Source of the DNA: a virus
Taxonomy: Duplodnaviria > Caudoviricetes
Reading direction: 5' to 3' (one strand)
Virus record (IMG/VR): IMGVR_UViG_3300005764_000081
Location: 1 to 25,086 of that record
Length of the DNA: 25,086 nucleotides
Shown: positions 1-6,515 of the stretch, piece by piece
How positions within the stretch are numbered: the stretch's first letter is position 1
How the letters are laid out: each line of letters begins with the position of its first letter
The notes under the pieces: generated by a model
Database searches by the model: none
Told to the model about the DNA's origin: nothing
What the model saw: only the letters and a program-made list of their open reading frames with translations
Position numbers and translations under genes: made by a program

Positions 1-126
1 CTCAACGCCGGTAACTGGGCCAGCAAAAAGGCTCACAGCATCCCACTGGTCGCCAAGCCAATGGGCTTTGTGGTCGCGGGTTATGTGGCGCTGGTTATGC
101 ACCGCCGACCGGCCGGCTTTACTCAT
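1..126 (-). CDS. Hypothetical protein, truncated by window edge
   Basis: ATG at 126 preceded by AAGGGAG RBS; frame open to position 1 (MSKAGRSAVHNQRH...). Confidence 0.55.
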   Translation of the reverse strand, partial: MSKAGRSAVHNQRHITRDHKAHWLGDQWDAVSLFAGPVTGVE

Positions 127-134
127 GCGCTCCC

Positions 135-524
135 TTAGGTTGCCAGCCCGTAAGAGTCACGGTCGTCCAACATGGCAACCACGTTGCCAGCGTTCGCCCG
201 AAGCTCACGGGTAATGTCGCTGAGCGGGGCGCGCTCGCTGTCGGGCACGCTCGCCACGGTGCTGTGATACCGGGCGATCATGGCGGTAAGCTCCGTGAGC
301 TTGCCGTCAATAATCGCGCCGAGAAAGCCCGCCGATTGAACGGGTGTTTGACCTACGAATCCCCCGGTTGCGCCTGGCCATGCCTGGTTACCCTGTGTGG
401 TCACCGTTAACACGCTCCGTTTCCTCAAGGGCGCTGCCCGCGCCCGGTTGATGGCTTCGGATTCAAGCAATATCACCGTGGGGGCTTTCCTTGCAAGTGG
501 CGAATATGTTAGCGTGCCTGGCAT
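135..524 (-). CDS. Hypothetical protein
   Basis: 129-aa ORF ending just before the RBS of the next leftward gene; start uncertain. Confidence 0.55.
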   Translation of the reverse strand: MPGTLTYSPLARKAPTVILLESEAINRARAAPLRKRSVLTVTTQGNQAWPGATGGFVGQTPVQSAGFLGAIIDGKLTELTAMIARYHSTVASVPDSERAPLSDITRELRANAGNVVAMLDDRDSYGLAT

Positions 525-677
525 GGGTCACGCCCAGCCTAACGGGTTAGGGGGCAAGCCGGCAAAACGTCTCCCCCCACGTGGCGCCGGGCCGGCCTAA
601 AGGCTGGGCGTGATCCCATAAAAGAAAACACGTTTTCGAACGGCAAAACGCGGGCAAAGGACGGGCAAACGGGCATC

Positions 678-938
678 ATGGCAAGGTCACTTGACGCCTT
701 GATTGAAGCGTCAGACAGCATGTTTAGCGGGCACGCCCTGACCGCTGAGGTCGACCGCGCCCGGTTGCGGGCGCTCGTGGCCGAAGCCTACGAACGCGGC
801 CGCCAGGACGCCAGCAACGCCCGTGGCGTCCCGTACCACGCCGGCGCGCACTTTGACACAATCCCGCGTGACCCAGATAGCGCCTGGCCACCCGCCAGGC
901 GTGATCGTGCGGGACGCTACGAGGATTGGAACGGGTGA
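678..938 (+). CDS. Hypothetical protein
   Basis: 86-aa ORF, first of a tightly packed rightward run. Confidence 0.7.
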   Translation: MARSLDALIEASDSMFSGHALTAEVDRARLRALVAEAYERGRQDASNARGVPYHAGAHFDTIPRDPDSAWPPARRDRAGRYEDWNG

Positions 939-939
939 C

Positions 940-1212
940 GTGGCCCTAGAGATACCTACGCTCAACGATGGCCTACAGGACACGCACAGGCTTTATGCGT
1001 GGCTGTCACGGGATGAGGACGGGATAGAGGGCCTGATAGCCCGCCCGGTTATCTCGCTGCGCCAGGTCACGGTTACGCCGCTTGTCTCAAGTGACCGTGA
1101 GCGGGCGCTTGGGCATGCCGATTGGGCGCGCGTCGTGGCCAGGGCCAGGCGCTCACCGGCGTTGCTCGTGGTCTACACGCGCACGGAGCTAATACGGGAG
1201 ATCAGGACGTGA
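940..1212 (+). CDS. Hypothetical protein
   Basis: GTG start 1 nt after previous stop, within track ORF 823..1212; GTGA overlap with next gene. Confidence 0.7.
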   Translation: MALEIPTLNDGLQDTHRLYAWLSRDEDGIEGLIARPVISLRQVTVTPLVSSDRERALGHADWARVVARARRSPALLVVYTRTELIREIRT

Positions 1213-1481
1213 GTGAGTTTGACCGGGTGTGTCAATGCACGCGCATCAACCACGGTTGCTGCCGGCCATGTCATCAGAACATGACCGCCGAGGATTTGCT
1301 TTGCGATGACTGCCGGCAGCGTTCCAAGCACATGCTCCAGGCGATAGGCACAGCGGAGCATTGCTGTAACGGGTTGCACGAGGAGGCAACCATCTGGCCT
1401 CCTGTTTACAAGGATGAGGTAACCCGGTACATGTGGCAACCGCCGGCGTTGCCCAAACGTCTCCCCTGGCGGCGCCGATGA
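1209..1481 (+). CDS. Cys-rich hypothetical protein (possible metal binding)
   Basis: GTG start overlapping upstream stop, GGAG RBS; CQC, CCxxC, CxxC and HCC motifs. Confidence 0.65.
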   Translation: MSEFDRVCQCTRINHGCCRPCHQNMTAEDLLCDDCRQRSKHMLQAIGTAEHCCNGLHEEATIWPPVYKDEVTRYMWQPPALPKRLPWRRR

Positions 1482-1536
1482 CTTAAACCCCTTAACAAAA
1501 ACAGGAAAAGATAGGCACAGAAAGGAGACAGGGCAA

Positions 1537-1758
1537 GTGGGCATACTCAACGTAACGCACCCGCAACAGGGCCACGCCTCGATGACATGGGAACCGGGCA
1601 CCAAAAGTGAGGCTGAGGTTAAGGCGGCGTTTGACGAGCTGATATCTCAGGGCATGGGCGCGGTTGCGGTCGACGCCAACGGAGCTGAGACGTTTACCCG
1701 CGAGTTTGCGCCTGAGGCTCGCACAATCACGGTTAAAGCCCCGTTGGTCGGCGGGTAA
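1537..1758 (+). CDS. Small protein with C-terminal diglycine (candidate ubiquitin-like modifier)
   Basis: Strong AAAGGAG RBS; 73 aa; ends ...TITVKAPLVGG-stop. ORF is solid, the modifier role is inference. Confidence 0.75.
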   Translation: MGILNVTHPQQGHASMTWEPGTKSEAEVKAAFDELISQGMGAVAVDANGAETFTREFAPEARTITVKAPLVGG

Positions 1759-1763
1759 CAACC

Positions 1764-2234
1764 GTGGCACCGTCGAGTAACCGACAGGCCCGGTTCCCCA
1801 GCGGGCCGGGCCTGCCGGCCCCGCTCAAATATGAGGTTACGGAGCGTCAGCGTGATTCGGCAGGATACAATTACATTTGCGGGCGGGCCCTGGCGCTTTT
1901 CCTCACGCATTTGGACGCTGGCCAGCGGAAGCAATACGCCCTTAACGGCACGGTTAGCGTTACCGGCAATCTTGGCGGTAGATACACGATTCGCCTAACG
2001 CCTTACACCGGGCACGAGGTTTGGAGCGACGACAGGGGGCATGGGTTTTGCGTTTACGCCCAAGGGTATCCCGGTAACGCTCACGCCGGCTACCCGCCCG
2101 GCGATGGCGCGCTAGCCATCCTCTTGACAATCCGCCACAACGAGGCAGAATTCCTTTCCGTGGCTGTGCCCTACCCGCGGCCGTCGATCTTTGTTCATCA
2201 TTATGATGAGGTCTACCGCTTTGATCGCTATTGA
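1764..2234 (+). CDS. Partner of the diGly protein, with candidate catalytic Cys (FCVY...PPGD..LA...E..FL)
   Basis: 156-aa ORF starting 5 nt after the diGly gene; motif pattern recalled from uncharacterised proteins encoded next to -LVGG proteins. Confidence 0.7.
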   Translation: MAPSSNRQARFPSGPGLPAPLKYEVTERQRDSAGYNYICGRALALFLTHLDAGQRKQYALNGTVSVTGNLGGRYTIRLTPYTGHEVWSDDRGHGFCVYAQGYPGNAHAGYPPGDGALAILLTIRHNEAEFLSVAVPYPRPSIFVHHYDEVYRFDRY

Positions 2235-2487
2235 GCTTACGCCCATTGACGGTGGCGTGCGGATCAAAGCTACCGACGCATACCACATTGACGTTCTCAC
2301 CATGCTTTACAACTTCCGCATTGTGACAACGCCCAAGGCTGCCCCGCTCGTTTGGGACCGTGGCTGGTGTTACTTCGGCAATGACGAGGCAACTTTTGTG
2401 CGGGCTGTCCTGGCTGCGCTGGCATGGGATGGCAGTGATGACAGCGAGCCGGCGGGTTATGACAAGCGGGTTGGCGTTGGTTGGTGA
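2191..2487 (+). CDS. Hypothetical protein (WCY...AW...EPxGYxK)
   Basis: 98-aa ORF; true start probably ATG 2203/2206 or later. Confidence 0.7.
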   Translation: MFIIMMRSTALIAIELTPIDGGVRIKATDAYHIDVLTMLYNFRIVTTPKAAPLVWDRGWCYFGNDEATFVRAVLAALAWDGSDDSEPAGYDKRVGVGW

Positions 2488-2615
2488 TGGTTCATCGCCA
2501 GCCCGCCAGCCTCAGGCGCCTTCGGCGCTGGGCTAGGCGTTGGTGGCGGTTCCTGACCGGCCCGGCTCACGGGCCATGGTGGCACGAGCATCACGACAGG
2601 TAAAGGGGAGACACG

Positions 2616-2894
2616 ATGGCGAGGCTTGCGCACGGCAGGCTTATACGGGGCAGCGCTGGCCCGGCCTTCGTTGCGGTCATACGCCGCACGAGGGCCGACC
2701 CGCCGCTACCGTCCCGCCTCGTGCACTGTGAACTATGCCAGCATGAGTGCTGGCTCAGCTTGGGCGCCGGTGACGCTACCGTGCGGGAAGCCAGCGATAA
2801 CGGGGCTCGCCCGGTTGTGATTGTGTGCGTTGTGTGCGTGGCCAAAGCCACGGTCATTGCGGTCGCCATGCACGAGATAAGCAACGGAGGCTAG
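2616..2894 (+). CDS. Putative Zn-binding hypothetical protein
   Basis: AAGGGGAG RBS; CxxCxxxC and CxxC motifs. Confidence 0.65.
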   Translation: MARLAHGRLIRGSAGPAFVAVIRRTRADPPLPSRLVHCELCQHECWLSLGAGDATVREASDNGARPVVIVCVVCVAKATVIAVAMHEISNGG

Positions 2895-2897
2895 CTC

Positions 2898-3410
2898 GTG
2901 GAGCACTTGACGTGGTCGACCGTGGATAAAAGCTCGTGGGGGGATGGCCCATGGCAGGGTGAGCCGGATAAAGAACAGTGGCAGGACGAGGCAACCGGCC
3001 TGGCGTGCCTCGTGAAGCGCAGTCACTTTGGCGGGTCACTGTGCGGGTACGTGGGCGTGCCTGAGGGTCACCCGTGGCACGGCAAGGGTTACAGCGAGCT
3101 TGAGGACGTGGTAGGCGTTCACGGTGGTTTGACCTATGCCGACTTGTGCCAAGAGGACGGGCCAGAAGGGGAAACGATTTGCCACATACCCGGGCCAGGC
3201 GAGCCGGAACCGCTTTGGTGGGTTGGGTTTGATTGCGGGCATGCGTTTGACTTCGCCCCGGGCATGGCTGCCCGTGAGCGGGCCATGGGGATCCCGCCCA
3301 TGCCAGACTTTAAGGGGCTGCCCCGGGTGACGTACCGCACGATTGCTTACGTCAAATCTGAGTGCGCCGCGTTGGCGCGCCAGGCTGAGCTAGCCAGGAT
3401 GACAGCATGA
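2898..3410 (+). CDS. Conserved phage protein of unknown function (CGYV / HGGLTY / GFDCxH family)
   Basis: GGAGG RBS; motifs LCGYVGVP, VHGGLTYA and WWVGFDCGH typical of a widespread phage family. Confidence 0.8.
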   Translation: MEHLTWSTVDKSSWGDGPWQGEPDKEQWQDEATGLACLVKRSHFGGSLCGYVGVPEGHPWHGKGYSELEDVVGVHGGLTYADLCQEDGPEGETICHIPGPGEPEPLWWVGFDCGHAFDFAPGMAARERAMGIPPMPDFKGLPRVTYRTIAYVKSECAALARQAELARMTA

Positions 3411-3640
3411 CACACGCATTTTTTACCGACTTGCCCGCCAGCCGGTTTCCGATTGTGCTTGAGATATGTGACGTTGCCACGGGCGAGCTACGCTGGACCG
3501 AGACTGTGACCGGGCCGGCGGTTGTGCATATCCCTGGCAAGGGTGAGACAAACAAGGGGCAGCCCGTGTTTGTGCGTGTCGGGTACGGTGATGGCGTGAC
3601 CACGGAGTTGCACCCGCACAAGGGATGGGAAACCATATGA
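3407..3640 (+). CDS. Hypothetical protein
   Basis: ATGA overlaps at both ends; 77 aa, beta-rich. Confidence 0.7.
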   Translation: MTHAFFTDLPASRFPIVLEICDVATGELRWTETVTGPAVVHIPGKGETNKGQPVFVRVGYGDGVTTELHPHKGWETI

Positions 3641-3912
3641 GCATTACGGAACGGGAGTTTATAGCGCTATACGTGATGGCCAGCACAGAGACCGCTGACG
3701 AGCTTTACCCCCAGGGTGTCAGCGAGTACCGGGGGCAATACCTGGTTGCTCAGGGCGTTTTGTGCGCCAGGCTCATTGAGACGCTAAGGCAGCTTGGCGT
3801 CATCAACGACGCTGGCGAACCGCGCGTCACGTGGGCTGAGCGGGTCAAGGCTTGGGCCAACGCTGCGCCGGCTTATCACGACGCCTCACACAACCGGCAC
3901 GGCTGGGGATGA
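3637..3912 (+). CDS. Hypothetical protein
   Basis: ATG 3637 overlaps the upstream TGA. Confidence 0.7.
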   Translation: MSITEREFIALYVMASTETADELYPQGVSEYRGQYLVAQGVLCARLIETLRQLGVINDAGEPRVTWAERVKAWANAAPAYHDASHNRHGWG

Positions 3913-3915
3913 GCC

Positions 3916-4146
3916 ATGCTGCCCGCTGCCTACTCGTGGGGCTTCACGGGGCTAACCGTGGGCTTGCTGGCTGTCAACGTGTATCTCACGATCAGGACGT
4001 TTAGGCGCTATAAGCACGTTGACGACATGCACGAGCGGGCGCGGGCGAGGCTTGACGAGGCCATAAGATTGCACAAGGGTGCGCTTGAGGATCGTTACCG
4101 GGCGCGGGCCATCCTTCATCGGGCGCGGGCGAGCTTGTTTAACTAG
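3916..4146 (+). CDS. Small membrane protein
   Basis: N-terminal hydrophobic helix (GFTGLTVGLLAVNVYLTI) followed by a basic tail. Confidence 0.65.
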   Translation: MLPAAYSWGFTGLTVGLLAVNVYLTIRTFRRYKHVDDMHERARARLDEAIRLHKGALEDRYRARAILHRARASLFN

Positions 4147-4331
4147 CCAGTCCAGATAATGCGATGGATCATGCTTGGCTGGTGAGGCGTCACCGTGAAA
4201 CGCTGCCCGCCGGTGAGCAACCAAAGCCAGGCAAGCTCGCACGCAAACAAGCCAACCGCTATGTCAAACCGCACATAACCCGGGCCAGGGTTGTTGGCGT
4301 GCCACACGAGCGCCAGGAAATGAGCCATCAC
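4143..4331 (-). CDS. Small membrane protein
   Basis: Hydrophobic segment IAVGLFACELAWLWLLT; start overlaps the upstream stop. Confidence 0.55.
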   Translation of the reverse strand: MMAHFLALVWHANNPGPGYVRFDIAVGLFACELAWLWLLTGGQRFTVTPHQPSMIHRIIWTG

Positions 4332-4483
4332 ACACGCACAAACTCAAGGGTCATGTTCATCACGAGCTGGCCACGCCGGCTGATGCGAACGACACCTTCG
4401 GTAATCTCAACCTCAACGTCATGAAACACGAGGTCGATACTGTTAGGCACTTGAACGGTAACGGTTACATTTTGCCTTACCAT
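4328..4483 (-). CDS. Small hypothetical protein
   Basis: ATG 4483 with AGGA RBS within track ORF 4328..4561. Confidence 0.55.
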   Translation of the reverse strand: MVRQNVTVTVQVPNSIDLVFHDVEVEITEGVVRISRRGQLVMNMTLEFVRV

Positions 4484-4567
4484 TGTTGCTTGTCCTGTCT
4501 TGAGGGTTGCCGGGCGTTTGCGAAGCTTCCCCACTTGCAAAGCGCCCGGCCATCCCATCACGGTCGC

Positions 4568-5089
4568 TCAGTCGCCGACCGTCATCACATACCACGGATC
4601 CTCGTCAGGCGTTTTTTTGACACGCTCAATGCCGAGGATCCGGCCCTTGCGCGTGCCCTTTTGCAAAGCCGAATGCTCGGCCAGTTGCGTGGCTGTCATA
4701 ACCCCAACCCACGCTTTTTGGTAATCGGTTGTGCGTGACCGGCTCAGCGAACCGTCCTTATTCCACGGAAGCTCGCCAAGCGTGTAACGCGGGCTAATCC
4801 CGCACAATGGGCAACGGCGTTTAGCGCTGCCTTGCCGTTTGAGTTGGCGTTCCCGGGCGCGGGTGCCAGCCCAAGTGCGCGCAACGACCCAAGTAAGCCC
4901 CGCCGCTTTTGCTGCCCGCAATAGTGGTGAGCCTTCGCTTGTGCCATGCTGGGCCAGCCGACGTGCCAAACCGCGCCCGCCTCCCCTTGCCCAGCCTGTG
5001 TAATGCCGGGCGGTTCCTCGCCCGTTTGCGCCTCCCCCTGGCCCGTAATAATCGGACAAGTGCAAAAGGTAAACCGTACCCCATTGCAT
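4568..5089 (-). CDS. GIY-YIG family endonuclease
   Basis: TVYLLH...HYTGW...LARRLAQH...ERQLK, followed by CxxC. Confidence 0.8.
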   Translation of the reverse strand: MQWGTVYLLHLSDYYGPGGGANGRGTARHYTGWARGGGRGLARRLAQHGTSEGSPLLRAAKAAGLTWVVARTWAGTRARERQLKRQGSAKRRCPLCGISPRYTLGELPWNKDGSLSRSRTTDYQKAWVGVMTATQLAEHSALQKGTRKGRILGIERVKKTPDEDPWYVMTVGD

Positions 5090-5094
5090 AGGCG

Positions 5095-5409
5095 TTAACC
5101 ATCCTCACTGTATTGTGTGTCTCCGTCGTCAAGCGCGATTACTTCCCGCGCCAGTGGCAGGAATACAGACAACGACATTTGCAATTTCCATGCGTTGCCT
5201 TGGTCGTCGTGGACATGCAAAAGCACGAGCGGGCATATCGCCGCCGATTGGACCCAAACCGCTTGGTTATCCGCTGTCGGATAGCCGGTTGCCGGCACGT
5301 CTGGCGCGGGATGCATGGGCGCTATCCGTGGCGGGCCTTTGCCGTGCGGGCGTGCGAAGCCTCGCCCGCCCGTGGCGTCGTGTGTCACGTAGGTCGGTTG
5401 TGCTGTCAT
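5095..5409 (-). CDS. Hypothetical protein
   Basis: ATG 5409 with AAGGGAGG RBS (MTAQPTYV...); first gene divergent from the HTH-Nudix gene. Confidence 0.7.
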   Translation of the reverse strand: MTAQPTYVTHDATGGRGFARPHGKGPPRIAPMHPAPDVPATGYPTADNQAVWVQSAAICPLVLLHVHDDQGNAWKLQMSLSVFLPLAREVIALDDGDTQYSEDG

Positions 5410-5547
5410 CCTGGCGGGCCTCCCTTGACCGTTTGGCGCGCTCACCGTAAGGGCGCACCAACGCAACCGTAACCCCAGGCCGACGGCAGCGCAAGGGGAG
5501 GGTTACGGGCGTAGGGGAGGCACGACACGCGGGCAATACGGGCAACC

Positions 5548-5583
5548 CTGCCACGGGCGTAACCCGCGCCCTACACTGTCCCC
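5548..5583 (+). promoter_or_regulatory. Putative promoter for leaderless HTH-Nudix transcript
   Basis: CTGCCA (5548-5553), 18 bp, TACACT (5572-5577); 6-nt gap to ATG 5584; no RBS. Confidence 0.55.
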
Positions 5584-6327
5584 ATGGCAATGATCCCTTA
5601 CCGGGAAGGCACAACGCCCGAAGGCGAGGCACGGAAGGTGGCTGAGGCGTTCGCTGGCGCGTGCGCCGCCATATACGCCGACCCTGACCCTGAGGTTGCC
5701 TGGCGCGCTGCCAACGAGCTACAGGCGCTTGTGGCGCGCCTCAACGGTGAGGCTGCCAACTTCCGCGCAACCGTGTTGCTGAGCTTGCGCGATTACCACG
5801 GGCTAGACAACGCCAAGCTAGCCCGCCGGCTTGGCCTGTCACGTCCTCAAGTCAGTACGCTTATCAAACGAGCAACGGAGCGAGGTAACACAGTGACCAA
5901 CCCAACCACAACGCCCATACTCCCGCCCGTAGTGCTGGCAGTCATCACAAGCCCTGACGGACGCGCATTGATGGCCAGGCGTAAGGACGACCGGCCACCG
6001 TGGACCTTCCTAGGGGGAGACGCTGAGCCGGGCGAATCCGCAGACAAGGCGGCGCGCCGGCGGGTGCTGGCTGAGTCTGGGCTTACCGTGACAGACACGA
6101 GTTATATCGGCGAGCGGGTCCACCCGCGCACAAGCCGGCACATGATTTACGTGCATGCCACGGTCGCTGACCCTGATTCCGCCAAACTCACGGATACGAA
6201 GGATCACAGTGAGCTAAAGTGGCTCACGATTCCTGAGACTGCGGTTGTTGCGCCTGACATGTATGAGCCGGTCAGGCAATACCTTGACCGGCTGGCAGAC
6301 AGCCTAGCCAGCGAGGATCCCAGCTAG
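5584..6327 (+). CDS. HTH-Nudix fusion regulator (candidate repressor), degenerate Nudix box
   Basis: HTH LDNAKLARRLGLSRPQVSTLI; Nudix-fold region with WTFLGGDAEPGESADKAARRRVLAESGL and DHSELKW. Confidence 0.85.
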   Translation: MAMIPYREGTTPEGEARKVAEAFAGACAAIYADPDPEVAWRAANELQALVARLNGEAANFRATVLLSLRDYHGLDNAKLARRLGLSRPQVSTLIKRATERGNTVTNPTTTPILPPVVLAVITSPDGRALMARRKDDRPPWTFLGGDAEPGESADKAARRRVLAESGLTVTDTSYIGERVHPRTSRHMIYVHATVADPDSAKLTDTKDHSELKWLTIPETAVVAPDMYEPVRQYLDRLADSLASEDPS

Positions 6328-6345
6328 CCACGCCTCAGGCTCGCA

Positions 6346-6385
6346 CGCAACGCCCTGGCCCCAGCGGGGGCGCCAGGGCGTTGCG
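6346..6385. terminator. GC-rich hairpin / likely terminator after HTH-Nudix gene
   Basis: Perfect 14-bp inverted repeat CGCAACGCCCTGGC / GCCAGGGCGTTGCG; no U-tract. Confidence 0.65.
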
Positions 6386-6415
6386 CTGTATCATGTCCCG
6401 CTGACCTGCAATGAT

Positions 6416-6467
6416 CCTGTTACAGAGCTGGCACTACGATCCTACGTGGTATCATCTGAGTGACAGG
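6416..6467. other. Candidate attP for the serine integrase (central dinucleotide CC 6441-6442)
   Basis: 52-bp imperfect inverted repeat, 16 of 23 arm positions symmetric, immediately upstream of the integrase. Confidence 0.6.
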
Positions 6468-6515
6468 CAGGCGGCGCGCGTGTCGCGTTGCACGAGACAG
6501 GGAAGGCGAGTCACC

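Noticed and set aside
566-1466. 12-bp direct repeat AAACGTCTCCCC near 567 and 1455
   Set aside because: Only two copies, different contexts, no associated structure; likely chance
1537-1758. ThiS/MoaD sulfur carrier or Pup assignment
   Set aside because: No thiamine or molybdopterin genes or ThiF nearby; Pup ends in GGE/GGQ, not GG
6411-6515. 35-aa N-terminal extension of the integrase in the ORF track
   Set aside because: Runs through the attP candidate, lacks an RBS, and the catalytic domain begins right after ATG 6516
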